Shown here: piece by piece, positions 1 through 9,405 of the stretch | Numbering within the stretch: position 1 is the first letter of the stretch | Layout of the letters: each line of letters starts with the position of its first letter | Origin: an uncultured Clostridia bacterium | GTDB lineage: Bacteria > Bacillota > Clostridia > Oscillospirales > Acutalibacteraceae | DNA length: 52,385 nucleotides | Direction of reading: 5' to 3' | Assembly (NCBI GenBank): GCA_944384795.1 | Contig: CALWUX010000111.1 | Span: 1 to 52,385, forward strand | Made by a program: the position numbers and the translations under genes | The notes under the pieces: model-generated | Seen by the model: the letters and a program-made list of their open reading frames with translations, nothing else | The model's database searches: none | What the model was told of the DNA's origin: nothing

Positions 1-482
1 CTGCGGAACGTAACAGCGGCAAAGCCGCCGATACAGCGGGAAAGCAGGAAGCTGCACATCAGCAGGAGGACGCCGCGGAAATTTCCCGCAAGCTCGGCTG
101 AAAAGCCGGCGTACAGCAAAAAGTACAGACAGCAGAACAGTACGGCAAACGCGCCGGTGCGGGGATCGTTTAAAATTTCCAGCTTTTTTTCTTTTGGCCG
201 GCGGGAACTGAGTGCGTCGACGGTATCGCAGTAGCCGTCTAAGTGGATACCGCCGGTGACCAGTACGGGAATGGCGGTCACGCCGCAGGAGAACAGAAAA
301 GCGTGGACATGGAGCCACTGACAGAGATAAAACCACAGCAGAACAAGCAATGCAATGGGAATGGAAACAAGCGGAAAAAAGCACATGGCGTACCGCATAT
401 CCCTGGGGTTCCATGTGAATTTTGGCATGGGGATTTTGGAGTACAGCCCAAAAGCAATGCAAAAGGAACGCAATAAGCTCAT
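1..482 (-). CDS. cobS: adenosylcobinamide-GDP ribazoletransferase (cobalamin synthase), N-terminal part; C-terminus lies off the window
   Basis: Minus-strand ORF open to the window edge, so it is absent from the ORF track. My translation is MSLLRSFCIAFGLYSKIPMPKFTWNPRDMRYAMCFFPLVSIP...VTGGIHLDGYCDTVDALSSRRPKEKKLEILNDPRTGAFAV. It is hydrophobic and carries the CobS-type HLDG-x-x-DT-x-DAL motif. The ATG at 482 overlaps the cobU stop as ATGA. Confidence 0.85.
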   Translation of the reverse strand, partial: MSLLRSFCIAFGLYSKIPMPKFTWNPRDMRYAMCFFPLVSIPIALLVLLWFYLCQWLHVHAFLFSCGVTAIPVLVTGGIHLDGYCDTVDALSSRRPKEKKLEILNDPRTGAFAVLFCCLYFLLYAGFSAELAGNFRGVLLLMCSFLLSRCIGGFAAVTFR

Positions 483-1012
483 GTTATTTCTCCTTTCCGG
501 TGCATGTTTGGAATACCGCATACGACTTCATAAATTTCGTCGGCTGTGCGGCACAGCGCTTGGTGCAGGTATCCCAAATCGGCTAAATATTGTGTGGTGG
601 ATAAATCGTAGCAGGCGCCATCGCTGAAAATCTCGTTGGAAACAACGATCAGATGCCGGCAGCGCGTTTGTAATTGCCGGATCTCCCGCAGCAGGCAGGC
701 GGCGGCACGGCTGTTTGTTTCGGCGGAAAACATCTGGTTTGCCAGCAGGTTGGACAGGCATTCCAGAAGCACCACGCTGTTGGACGGGACGGTTATACCG
801 CCGATTTCTTTTGGCGCCTCGATGGTTTGGAAGGGTTTGTCTGCGCGCATTTGTCTGTGGCGCGCAATACGCTGGTTGCTTTCCGCATCGTTTGCGCACA
901 GGGTGGCAAGGTAAAACAGGGGCGCACCAAGGCTGTGTGCCAAAGCGGCGGCGTATTGTTCCGCGTATTCTGATTTTCCGCTGGCAGAGCCGCCGAAGAT
1001 GAATGTTAACAT
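479..1012 (-). CDS. cobU: adenosylcobinamide kinase / adenosylcobinamide-phosphate guanylyltransferase
   Basis: 177 aa starting MLTFIFGGSASGKSEYAE (P-loop GxxxxGKS). Size and position between cobT and cobS are typical of CobU. Confidence 0.9.
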   Translation of the reverse strand: MLTFIFGGSASGKSEYAEQYAAALAHSLGAPLFYLATLCANDAESNQRIARHRQMRADKPFQTIEAPKEIGGITVPSNSVVLLECLSNLLANQMFSAETNSRAAACLLREIRQLQTRCRHLIVVSNEIFSDGACYDLSTTQYLADLGYLHQALCRTADEIYEVVCGIPNMHRKGEIT

Positions 1013-1045
1013 AGGCTACCGTCTTTCCGAAGCCGTTTTGGCGCC

Positions 1046-2107
1046 TTATGTGAAAGGCTGATAGGGCTCCATTTGAAATTGCGTAAAGGTGCTCATGGTT
1101 TGGTAAATATTTGCCGCCATTTCCAAAAGCGGGATCACCGCTACGGCGCCTGTTCCTTCTCCGAGGCACAGCCCGCAATGAATGAGTGGCTTTAATTGCA
1201 GTGCTTCTAAAATCATTGCGGCTGCAGGCTCCTTTGACATATGGGAGGGAATCAAATAAGGCTGTACCGCCGGGCAGATTTTTGCCGCCAGAAATGCGGC
1301 GACACCCGATACAAAGCCGTCGATCACCACGGGGACGCGATGGATAGCGCCGCCTAAAAACAGGCCTGTCATGCCTGCGATGTCCAGTCCGCCTACTTTG
1401 CTGAGCACGTCGATAGGATCGTGGCAGTTGGGCTTGTGTTTTTGGAGCGCCTGCCGGATCACGTCTATTTTATGCCGCAGGCCCTCTGTGCTCAGTCCGG
1501 CGCCTTTGCCGGTGACCTTTTCTACAGGCGTTTGCAGCAGTACGCTGGCAACGGCGCTGCTGGTGGTCGTATTGCCAATGCCCATTTCTCCCGTGGCAAT
1601 CAGGCGGTAGCCCTCCTGTTTTAGCTGTGCTGCAAGGTCAATGCCCACCTGGATTGCCTGCAGTGCTTCTATGGTTGTCATAGCGGGGGTGTGCAGCATA
1701 TTCTGTGTGCCGTAAGCGATTTTTTTGCTGTGCAGTCCTTTGACGGAAATGTCTGCCGCGATTCCGATGTCAACGGGGATCACGTCCGTATTTGCGGCTT
1801 TTGCCATGACGGTCACGCTGGTTTGGGCATTGGCAAGGCTTTTGGCTACCAGCGCGGTAATCTCGCTGCCGGCCTGGGAGATGCCTTCTGCTACCACGCC
1901 GTTGTCGGCGCAAAGGATAACGGCGCAGCGTTTGGAAATATCAATGTGGTGGCTGCCTGTAATGCCCGCGATTTGCGTGATTGTTTTTTCCAGCAGTCCC
2001 AGGCTGTTCAACGGCTTTGCAATGCTGTTCCAGCGGCGGACGGCCATGTCCATGGAGGGCTGGTGCAAAGGGGTTATTTGTTTTAGCTGTGCTTGCAGCT
2101 GTTCCAT
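1046..2107 (-). CDS. cobT: nicotinate-nucleotide--dimethylbenzimidazole phosphoribosyltransferase
   Basis: CobT-like sequence (GEMGIGNTT, LGEGTGA). I place the start at the internal MEQLQAQLKQITPL (ATG at 2107), preceded by AAGGAAG. The longer track ORF to 2218 would overlap cbiA. Confidence 0.9.
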   Translation of the reverse strand: MEQLQAQLKQITPLHQPSMDMAVRRWNSIAKPLNSLGLLEKTITQIAGITGSHHIDISKRCAVILCADNGVVAEGISQAGSEITALVAKSLANAQTSVTVMAKAANTDVIPVDIGIAADISVKGLHSKKIAYGTQNMLHTPAMTTIEALQAIQVGIDLAAQLKQEGYRLIATGEMGIGNTTTSSAVASVLLQTPVEKVTGKGAGLSTEGLRHKIDVIRQALQKHKPNCHDPIDVLSKVGGLDIAGMTGLFLGGAIHRVPVVIDGFVSGVAAFLAAKICPAVQPYLIPSHMSKEPAAAMILEALQLKPLIHCGLCLGEGTGAVAVIPLLEMAANIYQTMSTFTQFQMEPYQPFT

Positions 2108-2121
2108 CAAAACACTTCCTT

Positions 2122-3498
2122 TTACTTGCGGTTTTTTGCATGATTGCGGCAGGCCTGTACCAGGCGCTGCGCAGCTGCGGGATATGCGTAAAAATGCAGA
2201 TGGGGGAAGCCGGCCCAAAGCGTACCGGAGCCGTGAATGCAGGTATGTGCCTGCCCGCCGGTTGGTTTTACGGCAAGGCAGGCGTTTCCGTCATTGCCGC
2301 TGTATTGGTAATGGAATTCGTGTACGGGCAGCGACTCTCCCTGCTTGAGCAAAAGGGCGTCCCGGTTGGCTGTGAGTGCAAAATAGCCGAAATTTTGCAG
2401 GTGTTCGGCGGTCTGTATTTCTTCCGGAAAGACGCCTGCCATGGCTTTGGGTTCCCCGTGCGTATTGGTTATGGTCCGGTGCAAATAGGAAAACCCGCTG
2501 CCCTCCGCGACACACGGCAGGCCGTGCGTGACCGCCCTGTAAATGCTTTGGCGCATGGTTTGGTTTTGCGAAAGTGCGTTGGCGAACAGACCGGCATAAC
2601 CGCCGCCTAACAGCAGGCCGTGCAGGTCCTTGGGCAGGAAAGGGTCGTGCATAGGGCTGAAAGGGATTAAATTTGCGCCCAGCGCCGTCAGCAGCTCCAA
2701 GTTGTCCCGGTAGTAAAAGCAAAAAGCGGCGTCTTTGGCAATGCCTATGTTGACGGGTTCTTTTTCTGCCGGGGTATAAACGGGCAGGGTATAGGTATCT
2801 GTGATTGGGCGCGCAGTGCCTGCCAGTGCAAGCAGGCCGTCGATATCAATGGTTTTTTCCATTTGTTTTGCCAGACGCCGGAGCTGTGTTTCGATTTCAG
2901 GGAGCTCGTTTGCGGGAATCAGTCCCAGAGAGCGGCTTTCCAGCACGCAGGCCTCCATAAACGGCAAATAACCGTATACGGTAACGGGAAGCTGCGTTTC
3001 GATCAGCGTTTTCAGGCGGGGATACATCATGGGAGAAATCCGGTTTAAAATCACACCCTTTATGGCGCTGTCTTTTTTGTACTGTAAAAATCCCTGGATT
3101 AGCGGGACGATGGAGGTAGACATACCTTTGCCGTTGACAATCAATACCACAGGTGTTTGTGTGGCTTTGGCAACGGAATAGGTGCTGGCTTTGGCGGTAT
3201 TGCCGCCCAGACCGTCGTAATACCCCATAACGCCCTCTATAACGGCAACGCCGTGCCGGCTGCTGTTTTTACACAGCAAATGTCTTATGACGGGTTCCGT
3301 CATCATAAACGGGTCCAGATTCCCTGCCTTTGTTCCGATAATTTTGCTGTGGAACATGGGGTCTACATAGTCGGGGCCGCATTTAAAGGAGGAAACGGTC
3401 TGCCCGCGGTTGACAAGCGCCTGCAGAATGCCGCAGGTGACGGTGGTTTTGCCGTCGGCGCTGCCGGGGGCTGTGAGCAAAATGCGTGGCAATTCCAT
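2122..3498 (-). CDS. cbiA: cobyrinate a,c-diamide synthase
   Basis: 458 aa. The N-terminal ATP-binding motif TAPGSADGKTTVT and the C-terminal glutamine amidotransferase part are typical of CbiA/CobB. AAGGAGG lies upstream of the ATG. Confidence 0.9.
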   Translation of the reverse strand: MELPRILLTAPGSADGKTTVTCGILQALVNRGQTVSSFKCGPDYVDPMFHSKIIGTKAGNLDPFMMTEPVIRHLLCKNSSRHGVAVIEGVMGYYDGLGGNTAKASTYSVAKATQTPVVLIVNGKGMSTSIVPLIQGFLQYKKDSAIKGVILNRISPMMYPRLKTLIETQLPVTVYGYLPFMEACVLESRSLGLIPANELPEIETQLRRLAKQMEKTIDIDGLLALAGTARPITDTYTLPVYTPAEKEPVNIGIAKDAAFCFYYRDNLELLTALGANLIPFSPMHDPFLPKDLHGLLLGGGYAGLFANALSQNQTMRQSIYRAVTHGLPCVAEGSGFSYLHRTITNTHGEPKAMAGVFPEEIQTAEHLQNFGYFALTANRDALLLKQGESLPVHEFHYQYSGNDGNACLAVKPTGGQAHTCIHGSGTLWAGFPHLHFYAYPAAAQRLVQACRNHAKNRK

Positions 3499-3510
3499 GA
3501 CGGTTCCTCC

Positions 3511-4731
3511 TTATGTGCGCTGGGCGGTGATGATGTAAACGGGATTTTGCCCCGTCATCATGTGGTACCTGCCCATTTGCTTTGCTTTGGAGATACAGGC
3601 CTGCGTTATATCCAGGACGGGAAGCGCCAGCTCTTTGCAGCGGGTTATGGTTTCCGTCAGGGTTTCGATAGAAATGGCGGTTATAACAATGCGGACAGCG
3701 GGATTCTTTTCCAAAAGCAGGGATAAAATCGCTTTCATGTTGCCTGATGAGCCGCCGATGAACACCTTGCTGGGCGCGGGCAGATCTGTGCAGGCGCCGG
3801 GCGCGGTGCCGCTGATGATCTCCATACAGTCGGCCCCTAATTGCGTTTTGTTTTGCTCCAGCAGGGCAAGCGCTTTTGGCGCTTTTTCAACCGCGTATAC
3901 GCAGCCGTATGGAATTTGCAGCGCGATTTCTACCGAAACGGAGCCGGTGCCCGCGCCGATATCGTACACAATGTCGCAAGGTTCCAATCTCAGCTTGGAA
4001 AGGGCAATGCTGCGCACCTCGCTTTTGGTCATGGGCACATTGCCGCGGATAAAGCTGTCGTCGGGCAGACCGTGGGTCACGATTTTCGGCTGCGGCGCTG
4101 TGTGTTCAATCAGCACTACGCTTAGTGCGGGGAATGTTTGCGTTGCCAGAGATTTGGCAAAGCCGCTGACAATGGATTCGTTTTCATAGGACAAATTGCT
4201 TCCCACAAAAACCGAGGCGTTTTCCATTTGGTGCGCACAAAGCGCCTGGCAGATATTTTCCGCAGACCATGCGCCGCCGGTCAGCAGGAATGTTTTTTGA
4301 TTGGCGCGTACCGCGGGGAGCCAGGGGGTCTCTCTGCCGTGGAGGCTGATGACCGCAGTGTCGTCCCAGGGGATTTGCAGCTTGGCGCAGAAATAAGAAA
4401 GACTGCTGACGCCACAGATATGCTCTATGCGGTACTCCCCGGCCTGCTGCAGCTGCCGGAATTGCCGGGTAAAGTTTTTGGCGCCGCTGTAAAAACCGGT
4501 ATCGCCCGAGAATAAAAGGCCGATATTTTGGAATTGCGGGTGCTGTATGATATAGTCGCATATCTCGTTTGTTTTACAGGATACAAATGTACTGCCGGAA
4601 ACGTGGGAAAAGGCGGACAGCATACGCGCGGCGCCGATGAGCAAATCGCAGGATTCCACAGCGTGCTTTGCGGCAAGGGTCATGGTGTTGGGATTGCCAA
4701 GGCCGATGCCGATACAGGTGATTTGTTTCAT
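3511..4731 (-). CDS. cbiET: precorrin-6Y C5,15-methyltransferase (decarboxylating), fused CbiE-CbiT
   Basis: 406 aa. The N-terminal tetrapyrrole methylase fold (IGIGLGNPNTMT) is followed by a C-terminal SAM methyltransferase motif (VYDIGAGTGSVS). Confidence 0.88.
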   Translation of the reverse strand: MKQITCIGIGLGNPNTMTLAAKHAVESCDLLIGAARMLSAFSHVSGSTFVSCKTNEICDYIIQHPQFQNIGLLFSGDTGFYSGAKNFTRQFRQLQQAGEYRIEHICGVSSLSYFCAKLQIPWDDTAVISLHGRETPWLPAVRANQKTFLLTGGAWSAENICQALCAHQMENASVFVGSNLSYENESIVSGFAKSLATQTFPALSVVLIEHTAPQPKIVTHGLPDDSFIRGNVPMTKSEVRSIALSKLRLEPCDIVYDIGAGTGSVSVEIALQIPYGCVYAVEKAPKALALLEQNKTQLGADCMEIISGTAPGACTDLPAPSKVFIGGSSGNMKAILSLLLEKNPAVRIVITAISIETLTETITRCKELALPVLDITQACISKAKQMGRYHMMTGQNPVYIITAQRT

Positions 4732-4736
4732 GCTGG

Positions 4737-6029
4737 TTACCTCCCGTTGGCTTTGCTGCGGAAAAAGTCTTTTGCGGCAGCCAGCGCCGTATCAATGTCC
4801 TGCTCTGTGTGCGCGTTGGAAATGAACATTGCCTCGAACTGCGCGGGTGCAAGGTAAATGCCGCGGCTGAGCATATGATGAAAGTAATCGGCATACAGAG
4901 CGGTATCCGCAGTTTTTGCGCTTGTGCAGCCGGTGACCGGCTGTTTTGTAAAGAACAGACAGCTCAGGGAGCCGATGCCGTTTACCGTAAAGGGAAGTCC
5001 GTTTTCTTTTAAAGCGGACCGGAGGCCGTCCCGCAATTGCTCTCCCAGCCCGTTGATGTGCCGGTATATCTGTGGATTTTCTTTTAATATGGTCAGCTGG
5101 GCAATGCCTGCCGCCATGGCAACAGGATTGCCGCTTAAGGTGCCTGCCTGATAAACGGGGCCGACAGGAGAAACGGTTTCCATAATTTCACGTTTGCCCC
5201 CGTAAGCGCCTACGGGCATGCCCGCGCCGATGATTTTTCCGTAAACAGTCAGGTCGGGCGTTACCCGGAACCAGCCCTGGGCGCCGTCAATGCCCAAACG
5301 GAAGCCTGTGATGACTTCATCAAAAATGAGTACGGCATGATATTGGTCGCACAGGGTACGCAGCTGCTGTAAAAAATCCGGACGGGGGCATACCACGCCC
5401 ATATTTGCCGCGACCGGTTCTATGATAACAGCGGCGATTTGGTCAGGGTATTCCTCCAGTAAGGCGCGGACGCTGCTTATGTCGTTGTAAACCGCGGTCA
5501 GGGTGTCCTGCGCACAGCCTGCGGGTACGCCCGCGCTGTCGGGCACACCCGCTGTCATTGCGCCGGAGCCCGCTTTTACCAGCATGGCGTCCGAATGGCC
5601 GTGGTAACAGCCTGCAAATTTGATGATTTTATCTTTTTTGGTATAGCCGCGGGCGGCGCGAACGGCGCTCATAACGGCCTCGGTGCCTGAATTTACCATA
5701 CGTGCCATTTCTACGGACGGCACCATGGAAGTGATCAGACCGGCCATTTGGACCTCTAACTCTGTGGCCGCGCCGAAGCTCAGGCCTTTTTTGGCGGTTT
5801 CTATGACCGCGCTGTATACGGCGGGGTGATTATGCCCTAAAATCATCGGTCCCCATGAACCGACAAAATCAATGTACCGGTTGTTGTCCGCGTCTTTTAT
5901 GACAGCGCCGTTTGCCTGCTGTATAAAACGGGGGACGCCGCCGACGCTGCCAAATGCCCGTACAGGGCTGTTCACGCCGCCGGGAATCAATTTTTCTGCC
6001 AAAGCGAACAGCTGCTCGGAACGTGTCAT
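4737..6029 (-). CDS. hemL: glutamate-1-semialdehyde 2,1-aminomutase
   Basis: MTRSEQLFALAEKLIPGGVNSPVRAF is a classic HemL N-terminus. The start at 6029 overlaps the hemB stop as TAATG. The track ORF extension to 6227 lies inside hemB. Confidence 0.95.
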   Translation of the reverse strand: MTRSEQLFALAEKLIPGGVNSPVRAFGSVGGVPRFIQQANGAVIKDADNNRYIDFVGSWGPMILGHNHPAVYSAVIETAKKGLSFGAATELEVQMAGLITSMVPSVEMARMVNSGTEAVMSAVRAARGYTKKDKIIKFAGCYHGHSDAMLVKAGSGAMTAGVPDSAGVPAGCAQDTLTAVYNDISSVRALLEEYPDQIAAVIIEPVAANMGVVCPRPDFLQQLRTLCDQYHAVLIFDEVITGFRLGIDGAQGWFRVTPDLTVYGKIIGAGMPVGAYGGKREIMETVSPVGPVYQAGTLSGNPVAMAAGIAQLTILKENPQIYRHINGLGEQLRDGLRSALKENGLPFTVNGIGSLSCLFFTKQPVTGCTSAKTADTALYADYFHHMLSRGIYLAPAQFEAMFISNAHTEQDIDTALAAAKDFFRSKANGR

Positions 6030-7012
6030 TAGCCAATTCTCCCTTCGTCCATAAATTTTGCCAGCTCCTTTGCATGGTAGGAAATCAAAATATTCGCGCC
6101 TGCACGGTAAATGCTTACGGCTGTTTCGCAGATGATAGCCTCCCTGTCTACAAGGCCGGCGCTTGCCGCTGTCTCTATCATGGCGTATTCTCCACTGACA
6201 CTGTAGGCGGCGACGGGCACCCGGCATTCGCCGGCTGTTTCGCGCACGATGTCCAGATAAGACATGGCGGGCTTTACCATGATGATGTCGGCGCCCTGCG
6301 AGATGTCCTGCTGTGCTTTTTTCAGGGCTTCTTTGCGGTTATGGTAATCCATTTGATAAGTTTTTCTGTCTCCAAAGGCGGGGGCGGAGCCTGCCGCTTC
6401 CCGAAAAGGTCCATAGAAAGCGGACGCGTATTTTACCGCATAGGACATGATCGGTGTATTGGTATAGCCGTGCTTGTCCAGTTCCCGGCGCAGTGCCGAA
6501 ACATGGCCGTCCATCATGTCGGAGGGTGCGACCATGTGGGCGCCTGCCTGTACATGGGACAAGGCTGTTTTTGCCAGCACAGGCAGGGTGCTGTCGTTGT
6601 CGACGGTTTGACCGCTGAGTATGCCGCAATGGCCGTGGGAGGTATATTCGCATAAGCAGACGTCCGTGATATAGTACAAGTTTGGAAATTCCTTTTTTGC
6701 AAGCTGCAAAGCGGTCTGGATCACACCGTCCTGTGCGTATGCGCCGGAAGCGCAGGCGTCTTTCTGTTTTGGAATGCCGAACAGCAGTACGCTGCCGATG
6801 CCGGCGTTTGAAAGCTGCTCCAGCTCAAACAGCAGGCGGTCCGGAGAATAACGGTACTGCCCGCGCATGGAAGGGATTTCTTCTTTGAGATTGCGCCCTT
6901 CTTTTACAAACAGGGGATAGACCAGCGAGGATTTGGAACAGCGTGTTTCACGCACTAATTCTCTTAATGGGGGGACGCTTCTCAAACGCCGGCTTCTTTC
7001 CAATAATTCCAT
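6029..7012 (-). CDS. hemB: porphobilinogen synthase (delta-aminolevulinate dehydratase)
   Basis: Contains RRLRSVPPLRELVRET, PLFVKEG, DVCLCEYTSHGHCG and IMVKPA motifs. I chose the ATG at 7012 (MELLERS...) with GGAG upstream, 1 nt after the cobA-hemD stop. Confidence 0.95.
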   Translation of the reverse strand: MELLERSRRLRSVPPLRELVRETRCSKSSLVYPLFVKEGRNLKEEIPSMRGQYRYSPDRLLFELEQLSNAGIGSVLLFGIPKQKDACASGAYAQDGVIQTALQLAKKEFPNLYYITDVCLCEYTSHGHCGILSGQTVDNDSTLPVLAKTALSHVQAGAHMVAPSDMMDGHVSALRRELDKHGYTNTPIMSYAVKYASAFYGPFREAAGSAPAFGDRKTYQMDYHNRKEALKKAQQDISQGADIIMVKPAMSYLDIVRETAGECRVPVAAYSVSGEYAMIETAASAGLVDREAIICETAVSIYRAGANILISYHAKELAKFMDEGRIG

Positions 7013-7013
7013 G

Positions 7014-8516
7014 TTATTTACGCTCCTTTTCTGCTGTTTCGGTTTCCACAATGGTATGTACAAGTGCGTCGATGGTGGCCTGTTTTGCTGTGATACAGTT
7101 TGTAAAGCCCGCTTTTTTGGCTTCGTTGGCGGTTTGTTCCCCGATGCAATACGCGCGCAGGTGAGAAAAGGGCCGCTCCTGCATTGCCATGCAAAAGCCC
7201 TTTACCGTTGACGCGCTGGTGAACGCCACCGCGTCTGCGCTGTCCGGGAGGCAGGAGACAGGGACTTCGTAAACCGTGCGGTAGATTGGTAAATCTATGT
7301 AGGAAATATTGCGTTTTTTCAGTATTTCGGTCAAACAGGGGGTTCCCTCTGCGGCACGGGGCAGCAGGACGGTCTCTTCCTGCCGGATTTGCCGCACAAG
7401 ACCCTGTGCAAGGGCCTGCGCGCTGTATTGTTTTGGCGTATAGTCGACCAGAATGCCATATGTCTCGATTGCGTTTTTTGTGGCGCTGCCGATAGCGGCG
7501 AATTTTAAATGCGCCAATTTGCGGATATCGATACGCTGCTTTTTTAAACGTCCGAAAAAGATTTCTGCGCCGGCGGCGCTGGTAAATGCCAGCCAATGTA
7601 CCCGGTGCAGGTGGTGAAGCTGGTCGTCAAAAGCGGGGTTTTCCAGAATTTCTTCTGTGCGGATGGCGGGCAGTTCTATGACCTCTGCGCCTAAATCACG
7701 CAGTTTTTTTGAAAAGGACGAGATAAGACGGCGGGGTCTTGTGACAATGATACGGCTTTGTCCCAGGGGCCGCTTTTCCGCCCATGTAAATTGTTTTGCG
7801 AGGGTGCAGACATTTCCCACTACAATGACAGCCGGCGCTTGTATATTAGCCTGTTTTGCTTTTTGGGGCAGTGTTTTTAAATCTGCCGTCACACATTTTT
7901 GTCGGGCGGTGGTACCCTGTTCCAAAATTGCGGCGGGTGTGTCCGCCGCTTTTCCCGCCTGCACCAGGCCGCTGCAAATGCTGTCGAGTGCGCTGACGCC
8001 CATAAGGAATACCAGTGTGCCTTTGAGCCGGGACAGGACGGCAAAATCCAGGGGATCGTCTTTTCCTGCTTGTTTATGGGCGGTGATGATATGGACAGAA
8101 GAAGCAAAATCGCGGTGGGTAACGGGAATGCCCGCATAGGCGGGAACAGAAACGGCAGAAGTGACCCCGGGCACAACTTCAAAAGGAATGCATTGGCTTG
8201 CCGGCAGTTCCAGCTCTTCGCCGCCGCGGCCGAACAGAAAAGGGTCGCCGCCTTTTAAGCGTACCACACGCTTTCCTTTTTGCGCCTCGCTTAACAGCAG
8301 CAGGTTGATTTCTTCCTGGGGCATGGTATGGTTTCCGGCGCGTTTGCCCACATTGATTTTTTTGGCGGAGGGAGGAATCATATTTAAAATGCCTGTTCCT
8401 ACCAAATGGTCGTACAGGACCACGTCCGCCTGTTCTAACACTTCCCGGCCTTTTAGGGGCAGCAGTCCTGTGTCGCCCGGCCCTGCGCCGACCAGCCATA
8501 TTTTTCCCTGTTTCAT
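7014..8516 (-). CDS. cobA-hemD: bifunctional uroporphyrinogen-III C-methyltransferase / uroporphyrinogen-III synthase
   Basis: 500 aa. The N-terminal SUMT domain (VGAGPGDTGLLPLKG, GGDPFLFGRGGEE) is followed by a C-terminal half of about 250 aa with HemD-like repeats. Confidence 0.9.
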   Translation of the reverse strand: MKQGKIWLVGAGPGDTGLLPLKGREVLEQADVVLYDHLVGTGILNMIPPSAKKINVGKRAGNHTMPQEEINLLLLSEAQKGKRVVRLKGGDPFLFGRGGEELELPASQCIPFEVVPGVTSAVSVPAYAGIPVTHRDFASSVHIITAHKQAGKDDPLDFAVLSRLKGTLVFLMGVSALDSICSGLVQAGKAADTPAAILEQGTTARQKCVTADLKTLPQKAKQANIQAPAVIVVGNVCTLAKQFTWAEKRPLGQSRIIVTRPRRLISSFSKKLRDLGAEVIELPAIRTEEILENPAFDDQLHHLHRVHWLAFTSAAGAEIFFGRLKKQRIDIRKLAHLKFAAIGSATKNAIETYGILVDYTPKQYSAQALAQGLVRQIRQEETVLLPRAAEGTPCLTEILKKRNISYIDLPIYRTVYEVPVSCLPDSADAVAFTSASTVKGFCMAMQERPFSHLRAYCIGEQTANEAKKAGFTNCITAKQATIDALVHTIVETETAEKERK

Positions 8517-8520
8517 GGAC

Positions 8521-9405
8521 TTAAAGCCTGCCTTTCAATGTGTTTGCCAGCTGTTGGCCCAGCTGGGCGGCTTGTTCTGTATTTCCGGCAACGGAGCCGA
8601 CGGCGTATTCCTGCTGCTGTTCCCCTGCGTACAGGCCTGTCAGCTTCAATTCGGTTCCGTGTATTTGCGCATATGCCGCGATAGGGGAGGAGCAGTCTCC
8701 GTTCAATGCGCGGACAAAGGTACGCTCCGCCAGGGCCGCGTACGCGCTTTCTGTATTGTGGATACACGAAAAAAGCGAAGCGGTTTCATCTTTGCGGCTT
8801 TGTACGGCTAAAATGCCCTGTCCTGCCGCTGGGATCATTTCTTCGGTGGAAAAACAGCGGCTGATACGGTGGGACAACCCGGCGCGGCGCAATCCTGCAC
8901 CGGCCAGCACCAGGGCAGAAAACCCGCCGCTGTCCAGCTTTTGCAGTCTGGTGATGATATTGCCCCGCACGGGCAGGCAGCGGCAGGAGGGGAACAGTTT
9001 TTTCAGCTGCAACTGCCTGCGGAAGCTGGAGGAGCCTATTTGCGCGGTCATGTCTTGAAAGCACTGCGTTTGCGGCAGTACCAGCACGTCCCTGGGATCG
9101 CCGCGCTGAAAAAGCGCCGTAATGGGGAATTCCGGATTTTCTTCCATGGGCATATCTTTCAGGCTGTGGACACAGCAGTCGATGCGGCCTTCCGATAATG
9201 CTGCGTTGAGTTCTTTGACGAACAGGCCCTTGCCGCCGATTTTGTCCAACGTCCGGTCTGCGAGCATATCTCCCGTGGTTTTCATGGTCACTAGCTCAAA
9301 CTGAATTTCCGGGTGATAGTTTGCAACGGCGCGGATAATCAGCTCCGTTTGCATGACGGCAAGTTTGCTGTCACGGCTGCCGATGCGGATTATGTGTTTT
9401 TGCAT
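8521..9405 (-). CDS. hemC: hydroxymethylbilane synthase (porphobilinogen deaminase)
   Basis: 294 aa with IRIGSRDSKLAVMQTE, HSLKDMP and RGNIITRLQKL motifs. GAAGGAGG lies upstream. Confidence 0.95.
   Translation of the reverse strand: MQKHIIRIGSRDSKLAVMQTELIIRAVANYHPEIQFELVTMKTTGDMLADRTLDKIGGKGLFVKELNAALSEGRIDCCVHSLKDMPMEENPEFPITALFQRGDPRDVLVLPQTQCFQDMTAQIGSSSFRRQLQLKKLFPSCRCLPVRGNIITRLQKLDSGGFSALVLAGAGLRRAGLSHRISRCFSTEEMIPAAGQGILAVQSRKDETASLFSCIHNTESAYAALAERTFVRALNGDCSSPIAAYAQIHGTELKLTGLYAGEQQQEYAVGSVAGNTEQAAQLGQQLANTLKGRL

Noticed and set aside
1725-2610. Long plus-strand ORFs (207 and 209 aa) antisense to cobT and cbiA. Similar antisense ORFs occur across the cob cluster, for example 5954-6655, 8161-8811, 9477-10328 and 3560-4189.
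   Set aside because: They lie entirely inside well-supported genes on the other strand. They are rich in Arg, Ala, Gly and Pro, as expected from antisense reading of moderately GC-rich coding DNA. They lack RBSs and resemble no family I know.
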